Positions 41,601 through 50,317 of a stretch of 64,000 nt of DNA are shown here, piece by piece; the first letter of the stretch is position 1, and each line of letters begins with the position of its first letter. The DNA is taken from NCBI GenBank assembly GCA_050309605.1, contig JBNRMN010000020.1:32001-96000 (forward strand), written 5' to 3'. The position numbers were made by a program, and so were the translations under genes. The stretch comes from Anaerohalosphaeraceae bacterium. GTDB taxonomy: Bacteria > Planctomycetota > Phycisphaerae > Sedimentisphaerales > Anaerohalosphaeraceae. The notes below the pieces were generated by a model. It was not told the origin of the DNA. It did no database searches and saw only the letters and a list, made by a program, of their open reading frames with translations.

Positions 41601-44600
41601 CGTCGCCGCCGATACCGCCGGCGACTGTACAGTTTTCAAACACGACATGCCGGATAATCGGCGAACTGCCGTTGGCAACCAGAATCGCACCGCCATAACC
41701 GTTGCCCACGGCATCCAGCCCCGACAGCGCACGCACAGGAGGCGGCGGCTCAATCGACGGATCCGGCGGCCAAATGCCGGTATCCAGCACCCCGCTCAGA
41801 CCGATCGCCCCGGCCCAGAAGGCATTGCGAATCGTAATGCCTTCAATCACGGTGTTTTCGTCTTCGCCGTTATTAAAGATAAACGCGCGCTTGCGATTGT
41901 ATCGATTGCCCTGAACATCGATGACCGTATTGGCCACAACATCGGGGTCCAGCGGATTGGTCGAGGTCAGTTTCAATTGCTTGCCGCCGAAGTTAATCCC
42001 TTCGGGATTGGTAATGGTATAGGGCTGTCCCGTCCGCGGCGCCAGCACAATCGTATCACCTGACCTCGCCGCCTGGACGGCATCCTCAATGCCCGTATAT
42101 GATTCGGGCACAAACAGCCGTTTGGCAATCGCCAACTCAAACTCGACCTGCACATTCCGCGGTCCGGACATCGTTACTCGATTGAGCAGCTCAAACGACC
42201 TGTCATCGTCGGTTCCCACCCATTTGCGAACGCGGTACTTCTCATCATCCGGCACCGCGATCAGCCGGACATGCACACCTTGTTTGATCTCGATATGACT
42301 CGGTTCGGTACCGTCTGTCTCAATGCTCTGAGGAACGCCGTCCCGACTGTATTCGGCAACCAATTTCCCAAAGGGATAATAATCAGCCACAATAACCGCT
42401 ATATCCAGTCGGAACGATGCCACCGGCACCGCAGCGTTATAATGATACCCCAAATCCACGGCGTCCGTATCCGGCTCGTGATCGGTTCGCGTGGTCACCG
42501 GGAAGCCAAGCAGCGTTTCAAGCTCAGTCGCACTGCCGAGACCGCTGTTGACAGACAGGCTGTCAGGCTCAAACTGACCGGCCGCGGTCTGGGACAGATA
42601 AAACGTCCGGGTGGTCGGATCGTCCGGATTGGGCTGTCTGGCCTGGATAAACATCGGATCGGCGTCCAGCAAACCGCCGGCATCAAAGACCCACGGATTC
42701 CCATAGGGTTCGCCCAGATAGACCCCTTCGACGCCCTCTTCGATGTTGGTATAAGACAGTTCAAGCGTACTGGGCAGATTGTAGGCCTTCAGCGGATCGC
42801 CGACAGCCGCCTGCGGCCCGAATACGGCCAGGTTGTCCCACAAAATGCTGTTTTCAACCAGCACATAACTGGAAAACAGCCCCTCCCATTCGTCCCATTC
42901 CTCGTCCCATTGGCCCGCGAAATGGTCATAACCGCAACTGATCGCACCACCGTGCCCCACATAATCAATGACGGTATTTTCCGTCAACGTGCAGAAGCGA
43001 AACGCCGGATCGCCGCCGTTCATCACCGCCACCGCACCACCGCTGAGGCCGGCCTCGTTTTCCACAAACAAGCAATTGGTAAAGGCCTGGACCGCATCGT
43101 CATCGCCCAAATCATAGGCGACATAATACCACGGTCCGAGAATAAAGGCCGCACCGCCGGCATGGTCGGCACTGTTGGCAACAAAAGTCGCATTCGTTAC
43201 ATTGGCCGAGGAGTTGCCGGCGTAAAAGGCACCGCCCAAAGCGCCGGGGTTGGGACTGTTAATAAGCTGTTCGGCGCTGTTTTGTACGAAATCACAATTT
43301 GTTATCTGGGCATTGGAATACCACCAATATGCCCCGCCGCCGAACTCGGCCCGGTTGGCGGTAAATTGACAATCTTCAATCGTCATATCCGCCTCCACCG
43401 CGGCCAGACCGCCGCCGTATTCAGCCATATTGCTGGTAAAGGATGTACGCAGAATATCCACCTTGGGATAGTTACCCCTGAACGTGTCTTCGACAGCTAT
43501 ATTAATAGCACCGCCGACACTACTCAGTCGAGTTGATGTGACAGCCGGTCCGGCCCGGTTGCCGGTAAAGACACTGTCAACAACCCTCAGCGGCCCCGGA
43601 ACAGCAAACATTTGATAAGTTGGTAAATAACTGATAGCGCCGCCGTCGCCCTCACCAATGGCTCTGTTGTACTGGAATGTACAGCGCAGGACATCAAACG
43701 AAGTGGTCGCATAAGCATGGATAGCACCACCGCTACCCCCACCCATACCATCGCCACGGCCTTCGCCGCCGGCCTGATTTCCTTCAAACAGCGTATCTTC
43801 AAACGTCATCGACGAACCGCTGAAGAACACACAGACAGCACCGCCGTGGTCGCCTTCAGACTGGTTATCCAGAAATGCACTATCCACCACAGTCAAGTTG
43901 ACATTATCGTAAAGGAATATCGCCCCGCCCATCGAACGGTTCAATCGCGTCGGGACAAGACCTCCGCCGGAAGGGCCATTGGCGCCGGACTGGCCGTTTT
44001 CGCCGGCCGCACCACCGGCACCACCAGCGCCGCCGGGGGCGCCGGGGCCGCCGGAGCCGCCATTGCCGCCGTTGCCGCCCACATTCGCCCCGGCGCCGCC
44101 GTTGCCGCCGGCACCGCCAGCGCCGACCGCGTTGCCGTCGCCGGCATTGCCGCCCATACCGCCGTTGCCGCCGTCGCCGCCATTGCCGCCGTTTTCACCG
44201 CCGTCGCCGCCGTTACCGCCAGCGCCGCCGTCATAGCTGAAGGACTCGACCAAATCGGAGGACAGATTATTTTCAAATCTGCACCCGGTAATGGAAATCC
44301 GGCAATTAAACTCCAGCACAATGGCGCCGCCGATAGCGCCGTCCATGGTAATTCCTTTTCCAAAACCATTCAGACCGCCGTCGCCGCCGTCACCGCCGCG
44401 ACCGCCGTCGCCGCCCTGACCATCAGGGCCATCTTCACCATCCGGAGCATCTCCGCCGCCGCTGCCCCCGGCGCCGCCGGCACCGCTGGCGCCGCCGTTA
44501 CCGCCGTTACCGCCGTTACCAGCCACATTCCCCAAGCCGGTGATGGCTGTGTTGCCGACAAAGACGCTGTCTTCCACTTCGGGCAGACACGAATTTTCAA

Positions 44601-47600
44601 AGAAAATCGCACCCGCCGCGGCAGCACCGCCCCAGCCGCCGTCGCCGCCGCGTCCGCCGTCGCCGCCGCGTCCGCCGTTACCACCGGCGCCACCGGCACC
44701 GCCGGCACCGCCGGCACTCAGACTGGTATCCGGAAGATCAAGCCATTCTTCCAAACCTTCCGGCAATTCGATATCATCTGACGGATCGCCGCCGTCGCCG
44801 CCGTCGCCGCCGTCTGAACCGTCCCCGCCAGCGCCGCCATTGCCGCCGTTACCGCCGGCGCCGGCGTCACCGCCCATAGCAAAACAGTTTTCAACAGTCA
44901 CTTTTCGGATCAGCGGGGAGCTGCCGGCCTCGAAATACATCGCACCGCCCAGCCCGATGCCGCCGTCGCCGCCGCGTTCGCCGTCCTGACCCCGCTGGCC
45001 GTCCCGGCCATCCTGGCCGGCGCCGCCCGGCTGGCCGCTGTCGCCGCCGGTACCTTTTACAGCATAATACGTCTCGGATACGACCAGACCGCCATAACGA
45101 ACTTCGACGGTCACTTCCTGCGTCCCGTTGTTCAGCACACGACACAACACCGGACTATCCGGATCGTCCACTATCGTCGCATTAATCACACTCTCTTGGC
45201 GCGTCAAAATAACCGTTCGACTCAAAACCCGGCCATGGTAGAACGAACCGGTTACAATGATCTCACCCTCGGGCGTCCATTCCTCTTCGGGAAGCCACGG
45301 ATCCGACGACTGGAGATAGATCAGCCCCTGGTCTGATTCGACCGAACCAACAAACGGCATCCCGTCGTATTCATTCACGACGCGCAGCGCCGTCCCCCAG
45401 GTTTGCCCCCCGTCGTCACTGACCCGCATATACAAACAGCCTTCAGCATACGTTTCAAGCCAATTGGTCTGACCATCCACACTGAACTGAACCGTTCCGG
45501 CCTCCAGTTCCGCCGGCTCGCTCCAGCCCGCCGCATCGGCAAAGGAACCGTCGCCGGCTTTCAGGGCGGACATATACCACAGCGGTTCCGCACCGTCCGG
45601 CGGCGCGTCAAACCAATCATTCGGATCATCGCCGCTGCCGATCACATCAGGCCAATCGGGCGTGGGCGGCATGCTTTCAGCCCGCTTGAAAACATATTCC
45701 GTGTAAGTCGGCAAATCGGTTATGTCCGCCACGAAAATCTCGTCCAGCACATCGCCTTCAGGACCTTCGCGCAGCGTAATTTCAAGCATCGAATCAATAT
45801 CCTCTGCCGTCAGGTCAGCCGTATAACCCAACTCGGTTCCGTCAGGCAGATACATCATGATCGGACCGCCCAGAAGAACCATATCAATTCCCGCCACGGC
45901 CAGACGCACCTCAAGCGTCAGCACATCATCCGTATTTCGAATCGCCGTGCCGTTAACCGGCAAGATGTAATACACAATATCCGGCGATCCTTCAGCGCCG
46001 TCAGCTCCCTCAGCGCCGTCCTCTTGGGCGCTTGCGCCGTTTGCACCATTATTGCCGTCGCGCCCGGCGCGTCCGTCCTGCCCCTGAGCAAAACTATCCC
46101 GAATAACGCAATTGGCAATGGTCGGAGAAGCGCCGTTCTGCGCCAGGATGGCACCGCCGAAAGCATCCAGACCATTCGGATCGGCACTCTGCGGCGGCGC
46201 GGATTTTGGACCATTGACCGCGTATGCATTTTGGATGGTAAAGCCGCTGACAACCGTATCCCGACCTTCCGCCGGATACAGATCGAGGTCAAAGCCAAAA
46301 TGGAATGCCCGTCTCGGGCTATGATCCCCGCTTTCCTGACTGCCCTGGGGATCAATGATGGTTGCAGCCACAATGGCCGGATTGTCCGGATTTTCACTGC
46401 GCAGCGTAATCGCCTTGCCGTAAAAGACCAGATTCCGGTTGCCGCCGCCGGTATAAACACCCGGCTTGACCACAATCGTGTCGCCGTCGTTAGCCGCATC
46501 AATCGCCGCTTGAATGGTTGTAAACGGATACGGCACTTCCAGCGTTCGCGGGGGAGGGCCGACAATAACGGCCTTGGCCGGCGCGACAACGGTTTCATAA
46601 TCGGCGTCCGTCCGTCCGTCGTTTAAGTCGCGCTCATATTTCTGGCGCACCTTCGCCTCAAATTCATACCGAAAACCGATCTGCAGCGGCTGATTAACAG
46701 TCACTTCATGGATTGTATTATCCGTCCATCCGCTCGGCGTGGTCGTGCCCAGTTCAAGGATTCGTTCCGGGAAATTGGGGTCGTTGTAGTAGGGATTCGT
46801 GGTGGCGACACACTCGAATCGATATTCCACATCATTTTCATCGTAGGCCGGCTCCACTTCCATCATAATCCTCAACGTGGTGCCCATCCGTCTCGGCACA
46901 GCCTTCCATCGCGAGGGACTCGGCGCCGGAATCAGCGTATCCACCTCCGCCGCGGTTTCCGCCTCCACCGCCTCCGACCAGTGGCCGGTATTCTTGTTTT
47001 GCGATTGATCCTGGTAACGAACACGGAAGGTATAGGTCTGCCCCTCGGCGGCATTCCAGACCTGATACAACGGACTGGCCTGCCAGCCGCTGCTGAGCGA
47101 ATCATCTTCCAGACACTGAAACTCGTACAGCACACCGGAGATGTCCGTCGCCTTTGCGGCCCGCATCACGATGTGGTTCAAACCGGTGGCCGTCGGCTCA
47201 ATATCCCATTGAGCCGGATTCGGCGTCGGCGGAACACGGTCGTCCGCTCGCGCGGCCTGCACTGACTTGTACAGATTCAAACGACCGCTGGTAACACTCA
47301 AATCTTTCAGTGCGTCAACGGTATCGACCGTGGACATCAGGATATGTTTCACTTCCTGATACGTCAGGTGCGGATTCTCCGACAACACCAGCGCCGCGGC
47401 GCCGGCCACATGCGGCGAAGCCATTGAGGTCCCTGAAATGGAACCATAACCTTCGTTGGGAAAGGTACTCAATATATTTTGTCCCGGCGCTGCCAGATCC
47501 ACCGTGACCTTGCCCCAGTTTGAAAACAGAGAACGCTGATCATTGTGGTCGGTGGCCATCACCGAAATGACGTTGGGCAAGCGAAAACTTTGAGGCGAAC

Positions 47601-48561
47601 CGAATATGATATCATTATTGCTTGATTCATTACCGGCCGCCATCACAAACAGCACACCGGCATCTTTGGCCGCCTCAAGCGTATCGCGCAGCGCGTTGAC
47701 CTGTTCGGGCATCAGATAATTCTGAAACCCCCAGGAGGCATTGATAATATGCGCCCCGTTTAAGACCGCATATTGAATTCCTTCGATCGCGCCGGACAGA
47801 GCACCCTGAATGGTGCCGCCGCCTTCCCAGAAGACTTTACACGCCATCAACTGAACCTGCCAGCACACACCGGCAACGCCGATATTGTTGTTGCCGACCG
47901 CGCCGATGGTACCGGCAACATGGGTGCCGTGATAGTGGTCGTCCATCGGATCGGATACATCCCAATAGAAATCATACCCGTAAATATCGTCAACATAACC
48001 GTTTCCGTCGTCATCCACGCCGGCGATACCGTATAACTCCGCCTTGTTGACCCACATATTGGCCGCCAGGTCGGGATGCGTATAATCAATGCCGGTATCC
48101 GTAACTGCCACAATGATGTCGCGGCTGCCGGTATTCAAGTCCCACGCCGGAACCGCGCTGATGTCAGCGCCGGGCGTACCGCCCGTCTGTCCGGTATTCT
48201 GCATCCCCCACAACTCGTCAAACAGAGGGTCATTGGGAACATAGGCGGGATAGAGCATGTAGTCCGGATCCGCATAGCGTACCCCGATGGCAGCCTGAAA
48301 TCGGCTGCGCGCCGCGGCAACGTTGTCGCCGGCCGGCAGCTTGACCAATCCAAGACCGGGAACCATCGGATACATCTTTTCGATGGTTCCGCCGCCGGCG
48401 GCCTGAACAACCATCTGACGTGCCATATTCGCTTCCGGCGTAGTGCCCGTTTCACTGAATCGCACCAGCAGATAACCCTCGCGATACGCAGACTCCTGAG
48501 CGAACGAAAAACCGCAAATGAGGATAAATAATACCAGCCCCGCCAAAAACGTGTGTCTCAT
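35626..48561 (-). CDS. Giant (~4,311 aa) secreted subtilisin-like (S8) protease with FN3-like repeats, three beta-helix modules, Gly-rich tracts and a dockerin-like module
   Basis: Signal peptide after a GGAGGG RBS (ATG 48561). Intact triad motifs VTDTG, HGTHVAG and GTSMASP plus AAGN. Three modules starting TIQAAIDAA-like, rich in GGA(I/V) and FxxN, each ending (L/M)GYHY. Confidence 0.9.
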   Translation of the reverse strand: MRHTFLAGLVLFILICGFSFAQESAYREGYLLVRFSETGTTPEANMARQMVVQAAGGGTIEKMYPMVPGLGLVKLPAGDNVAAARSRFQAAIGVRYADPDYMLYPAYVPNDPLFDELWGMQNTGQTGGTPGADISAVPAWDLNTGSRDIIVAVTDTGIDYTHPDLAANMWVNKAELYGIAGVDDDGNGYVDDIYGYDFYWDVSDPMDDHYHGTHVAGTIGAVGNNNIGVAGVCWQVQLMACKVFWEGGGTIQGALSGAIEGIQYAVLNGAHIINASWGFQNYLMPEQVNALRDTLEAAKDAGVLFVMAAGNESSNNDIIFGSPQSFRLPNVISVMATDHNDQRSLFSNWGKVTVDLAAPGQNILSTFPNEGYGSISGTSMASPHVAGAAALVLSENPHLTYQEVKHILMSTVDTVDALKDLSVTSGRLNLYKSVQAARADDRVPPTPNPAQWDIEPTATGLNHIVMRAAKATDISGVLYEFQCLEDDSLSSGWQASPLYQVWNAAEGQTYTFRVRYQDQSQNKNTGHWSEAVEAETAAEVDTLIPAPSPSRWKAVPRRMGTTLRIMMEVEPAYDENDVEYRFECVATTNPYYNDPNFPERILELGTTTPSGWTDNTIHEVTVNQPLQIGFRYEFEAKVRQKYERDLNDGRTDADYETVVAPAKAVIVGPPPRTLEVPYPFTTIQAAIDAANDGDTIVVKPGVYTGGGNRNLVFYGKAITLRSENPDNPAIVAATIIDPQGSQESGDHSPRRAFHFGFDLDLYPAEGRDTVVSGFTIQNAYAVNGPKSAPPQSADPNGLDAFGGAILAQNGASPTIANCVIRDSFAQGQDGRAGRDGNNGANGASAQEDGAEGADGAEGSPDIVYYILPVNGTAIRNTDDVLTLEVRLAVAGIDMVLLGGPIMMYLPDGTELGYTADLTAEDIDSMLEITLREGPEGDVLDEIFVADITDLPTYTEYVFKRAESMPPTPDWPDVIGSGDDPNDWFDAPPDGAEPLWYMSALKAGDGSFADAAGWSEPAELEAGTVQFSVDGQTNWLETYAEGCLYMRVSDDGGQTWGTALRVVNEYDGMPFVGSVESDQGLIYLQSSDPWLPEEEWTPEGEIIVTGSFYHGRVLSRTVILTRQESVINATIVDDPDSPVLCRVLNNGTQEVTVEVRYGGLVVSETYYAVKGTGGDSGQPGGAGQDGRDGQRGQDGERGGDGGIGLGGAMYFEAGSSPLIRKVTVENCFAMGGDAGAGGNGGNGGAGGDGSDGGDGGDGGDPSDDIELPEGLEEWLDLPDTSLSAGGAGGAGGAGGNGGRGGDGGRGGDGGWGGAAAAGAIFFENSCLPEVEDSVFVGNTAITGLGNVAGNGGNGGNGGASGAGGAGGSGGGDAPDGEDGPDGQGGDGGRGGDGGDGGLNGFGKGITMDGAIGGAIVLEFNCRISITGCRFENNLSSDLVESFSYDGGAGGNGGDGGENGGNGGDGGNGGMGGNAGDGNAVGAGGAGGNGGAGANVGGNGGNGGSGGPGAPGGAGGAGGAAGENGQSGANGPSGGGLVPTRLNRSMGGAIFLYDNVNLTVVDSAFLDNQSEGDHGGAVCVFFSGSSMTFEDTLFEGNQAGGEGRGDGMGGGSGGAIHAYATTSFDVLRCTFQYNRAIGEGDGGAISYLPTYQMFAVPGPLRVVDSVFTGNRAGPAVTSTRLSSVGGAINIAVEDTFRGNYPKVDILRTSFTSNMAEYGGGLAAVEADMTIEDCQFTANRAEFGGGAYWWYSNAQITNCDFVQNSAEQLINSPNPGALGGAFYAGNSSANVTNATFVANSADHAGGAAFILGPWYYVAYDLGDDDAVQAFTNCLFVENEAGLSGGAVAVMNGGDPAFRFCTLTENTVIDYVGHGGAISCGYDHFAGQWDEEWDEWEGLFSSYVLVENSILWDNLAVFGPQAAVGDPLKAYNLPSTLELSYTNIEEGVEGVYLGEPYGNPWVFDAGGLLDADPMFIQARQPNPDDPTTRTFYLSQTAAGQFEPDSLSVNSGLGSATELETLLGFPVTTRTDHEPDTDAVDLGYHYNAAVPVASFRLDIAVIVADYYPFGKLVAEYSRDGVPQSIETDGTEPSHIEIKQGVHVRLIAVPDDEKYRVRKWVGTDDDRSFELLNRVTMSGPRNVQVEFELAIAKRLFVPESYTGIEDAVQAARSGDTIVLAPRTGQPYTITNPEGINFGGKQLKLTSTNPLDPDVVANTVIDVQGNRYNRKRAFIFNNGEDENTVIEGITIRNAFWAGAIGLSGVLDTGIWPPDPSIEPPPPVRALSGLDAVGNGYGGAILVANGSSPIIRHVVFENCTVAGGIGGDGNDGYPQNTQGLEGDIDGQSGGHGGDGAGNGYGGAIAVIEGSNPVIQHCVFENNRATGGWGGIPGHGGFAVGNGRYSWGGDAGNGRGDGRGGAIYIEQGCNPLVTDNEFKNNFARLGYVSSGGLARGGNEYPDPWHEENWPIEARNGAAGFLTSEGTVAGGAVFYGQGYKRPEQPDVPKEADLKNTVFENNSAYMSIASNLVLTYDTIEGEAYDFTRGGAIYADPNVTLAIDNCKFEGNLGGAVYADTGSALTIARSRFEKNATYDPELGIESIVNLEQYYIPGLTEPDDPPAGAITVEADAAQAPVITECEFIGNLSEGSGGAIQTKSDITIGNSSFAANDAILRGGALFAYHHIPDPNTDTLLVNLYDTEFTYNRSDELGGAIYAKNNILTMQDTQFVGNKAPSGGGMLVVESELELDSGLFVANEATGLRPTFEMVVDLGSGIVFSIPVGEGSDHLTPLDEGVGGGLYLVDTKTWMADTRILNNAAKGASASGGGLCINGGVDDFITHSLHNCLIAENTTEGNGGGVKVMTYANPWFSNCTIADNTAEKLGGGLFIDWSSKAQTENSIIAGNSPIGIYEQAQSSGGHTGDATITASLFYGNTGGDLYDAQTEIIYTGAAQLNSVAGVSGAVSANPMLVEGPLGAYYLDPTSPAVNAGNISAVLAELNQYTTNPAFPVIFDTGNVDLGYHYNPADMDRQFSLSVAVLDDSGNIRGTVALSPEGDSPGTYYYGQIVEMTAMPYSEYVITGWSGGTVNDQSAAMANKVIMTRDKDITVHARRRQTYFVGLASGLPSLQDAIDLAQDGDTIIVNPGVYNAPVSTPGEGAFIGALREINLDGKDLRISGIKPDDEDTVRNTVFSQYAFNLFNVTEKTVIEGITITNRHGSNIGQAGFGGGFGAVTIYNGNPVLRNVIFSENLISGWSGDRQLGCPDAMDGANGGNVSGSAVVVIESSPYFVNCQFEDNVITGGDGQNGAGGCNAHPEGGDGGWPGRAYGGAVYVAFSSKPVFENCTFTGNQAIGGVAGNGGDGIVVANTSYRGGRGGAFLFPDSIENDRENYWWWWDGWELGDKYAFYGAFFGSYDWSVWSKWFGWDQWNSWQEFFASTQFQQAGTTDPKIDGYEDYWKYSAFGGAVYVGYLSEATFVGCTFEGNQTQGGLSGIGGRSGNGDLPTPDRQLNLPNAGGAVYAAYESKLIFDDCIFVDNLADTSVVDLPLALEVSFGGAVAYEFDCEVVFKNTILEGNRAAVGGAVYGRDSLIEIADCNAFDNEAYLGGGLYFDYGSASLTHTLLHNNKAKTPTIEITPPDDDDDDDDDDQDVPPTPIASDSMLGQGGGLFAAGGVLDVSHSAFFRNLAVVSGGGVYIGGILDEPANLFNCLFAENLAGRDGAGASVNWESVASFGNCTFADNKDHGALGFTLRGGGLYTGHGAAVDVINSIFWGNKAEQGRGDQIRVGAGFEQDPRPSTLTISWSNVQAFGSAAAISVAGDSIYTVGDGMLGADPAIHNPLFTEPLDIEPQDVYRRYYLDIGSPAIDAGYETAAYWGLNEFTTNIFGARDRGEVDMGYHYRIISKAPCSFADLVLSGRIDLADFAEFASAWLYHEQYDPCGEGNDWCSGGDLNFDRRVDIEDLLSFTTCWLEEDKEAPRPNPSLWVIEPNAVPGTFDTVNMMIAETHDNWWPDEYLEFEFECVDFPQFSSGWQSDPFYQVAGLTPGFTYAFRTRARDGSGNETAFSVVNPAMDRGIVTPGSNTEIPQAEFEVLPLVSGPLAISMTARAYSSFPGVASLPSGFAIRYQFAETISTTPTPTVSGFESLNRMQTRQNLSPTTLGLIYTYQVRMVLVNLDTGAEITAGDWSEPAAVVLAEVDVTPPTPDPAAFTELSPFQQSVTGNFYQVMVAVEAEDDSGVEYRFRAYQSETSGTVVYDSGWRNVDNVANLPPFPDGTPQAGLPHQYWQPVTTSNLFYWWTVQYRDRSPAQNLGTPSPRKRVTNTLP

Positions 48562-48725
48562 GACACCCTCCGAAAAAAAAGTTCCGTTTTTCATCATTCT
48601 TTCATCCTGATAAGTTAAAGGTTATTCGCCGTTAAAAACAGTCGCCTGCACGCACGGCGCAACAGGCTTGCACGTTCGATAATCCTTTACCTTATCGGAT
48701 AGTGGCATTCGTGAGTTTAACTACT

Positions 48726-48754
48726 TGTATAGCAGAAATACGCTGCGATGTCAA
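48726..48754 (-). promoter_or_regulatory. Sigma70 promoter of the giant protease gene
   Basis: TTGACA-N17-TATACA with an extended -10 (TGC), giving a leader of about 160 nt. Confidence 0.65.
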
Positions 48755-49023
48755 CCCCGCAAAGATGCGTTACACGCCCACTCTGTTCAACCTGCATTTT
48801 ATGGGACCTGGAAAATCCGTGGCCGCATTTCCATAAAACGTCCGATAGACTCGTCCCTGACAGACTTATTATAGTAGATTTTTCCCCGAAACATAAAAAA
48901 AACAGGATTTTTTCAAAAAAATTTGAAATTTCTGCACCTCTGCGTGTAAAATGCGGCGTTTGTCGGACTGCCGGAATAATCTGTCCTGTTCCCTGTAAAC
49001 AACACATTTTGAATGCCCAACGT

Positions 49024-50304
49024 ATGAAATTACAGACACAAAAATCGATCTTAAAAGGCGAGGTTTCGATCCCCGGCTCAAAATCGCATACGATTCGCGC
49101 CGTGGCGATCGCGTCGCTGGCCGAGGGGCAAAGCCGTCTTTGCCGGCCCCTGATATCCAGCGACACGCTCAGCGCGACAGACTGCTGGCGCGCCCTTGGG
49201 GCCGAGATCGACACATCCCACCCGGATCAGTGGGTGATTACCGGAACCGGCGGACGGATTGAAAACCAAAATCAGATTATTGATGTCGGAAATTCAGGGA
49301 CGACCTTGCGGCTTGGCCTCGGTTCAGCGGCCCTGGGCCATCCGGACGGGGCGGTTACCTTCACCGGCGACCATCAAATCCAGACCCGGCTACTGAATGA
49401 TTTGATCGGTTCGCTCAACGATCTCGGCGCACATATTCGATCGCTCAAGAATAACGGCTGCGCCCCGGTCATGGTCTCGGGTCGGCTCAAAGGGGGGCGG
49501 ACCTCGATCGCGTGTTTTACCAGTCAATATCTGTCCAGTTTACTGCTGGCCTGTCCGCTGGCCGACGACGATACGGAGATTGAAGTAACGCTGCTCAATG
49601 AGCCGGATTATGTACAAATGACGCTGGACTGGCTCGACAAACAACAGATTGATTATAAAAACAACAACTTAAAGACCGTTTATATCCGGGGCGGTCAGCG
49701 TTTTAAGGCCTTTGATGAGCGGATTTGTGCTGATTTTTCCAGTGCGACGTTTTTTTTGTGCGCCGGCGCGCTGTGTGGACAGGATGTCCTCATTCAAGGG
49801 CTGGATTTCGGCGACAGTCAGCCGGACAAAGCCGTTGCGGATTACCTGCGGGCAATGGGCGCCGATATTCGACAGGAAGAGTCAGGGATTCGCGTCCGAA
49901 AATCTGCCCTGAAAGGGATAGAAATTGATATGAACCGCACCCCTGACGCCCTGCCGGCCATGGCGGTAACCGCGGCCTTTGCCGAAGGGACCACGCGGCT
50001 GGTCAATGTGCCGCAGGCGCGCAAGAAGGAAACCGACCGGATCGCCTGTATGGCCGCCGAACTGACGAAAATCGGGGCTGAGGTCGAGCAATTGCCTGAT
50101 GGACTGGTCATTCACGGCGGTGCAACGCTGACGGGCGGGCCGGTCTGCGGCCATGCCGATCATCGCATTGTAATGGCGCTGGCGGTGGCGGGCTTGGCGC
50201 TGGATGAGCCGCTGGAAATTGACACCGCCGAGGCGATGAATGTTACTTTTCCCGGATTTGTGGATTTGATGAAAACGCTGAATGCCAAACTGAACCTTCA
50301 ATAA
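49024..50304 (+). CDS. aroA: 3-phosphoshikimate 1-carboxyvinyltransferase (EPSP synthase)
   Basis: IPGSKS, DVGNSGTTLR, SQYLSSLL, KETDRI and DHRIVMA. Start set at ATG 49024. Confidence 0.93.
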   Translation: MKLQTQKSILKGEVSIPGSKSHTIRAVAIASLAEGQSRLCRPLISSDTLSATDCWRALGAEIDTSHPDQWVITGTGGRIENQNQIIDVGNSGTTLRLGLGSAALGHPDGAVTFTGDHQIQTRLLNDLIGSLNDLGAHIRSLKNNGCAPVMVSGRLKGGRTSIACFTSQYLSSLLLACPLADDDTEIEVTLLNEPDYVQMTLDWLDKQQIDYKNNNLKTVYIRGGQRFKAFDERICADFSSATFFLCAGALCGQDVLIQGLDFGDSQPDKAVADYLRAMGADIRQEESGIRVRKSALKGIEIDMNRTPDALPAMAVTAAFAEGTTRLVNVPQARKKETDRIACMAAELTKIGAEVEQLPDGLVIHGGATLTGGPVCGHADHRIVMALAVAGLALDEPLEIDTAEAMNVTFPGFVDLMKTLNAKLNLQ

Positions 50305-50317
50305 CGGAACGCTCATA

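Noticed and set aside
43960..45050. GC-rich repetitive DNA as a CRISPR array or mobile element
   Set aside because: The repeats are Gly codon runs within the giant ORF, with no repeat-spacer structure or terminal repeats.
48748..49023. N-terminal extensions in the ORF track for aroA (and likewise pheT, lysC, flgD, GH78)
   Set aside because: Family similarity and RBS position point to downstream starts; the extensions cover promoter regions or overlap neighbours.
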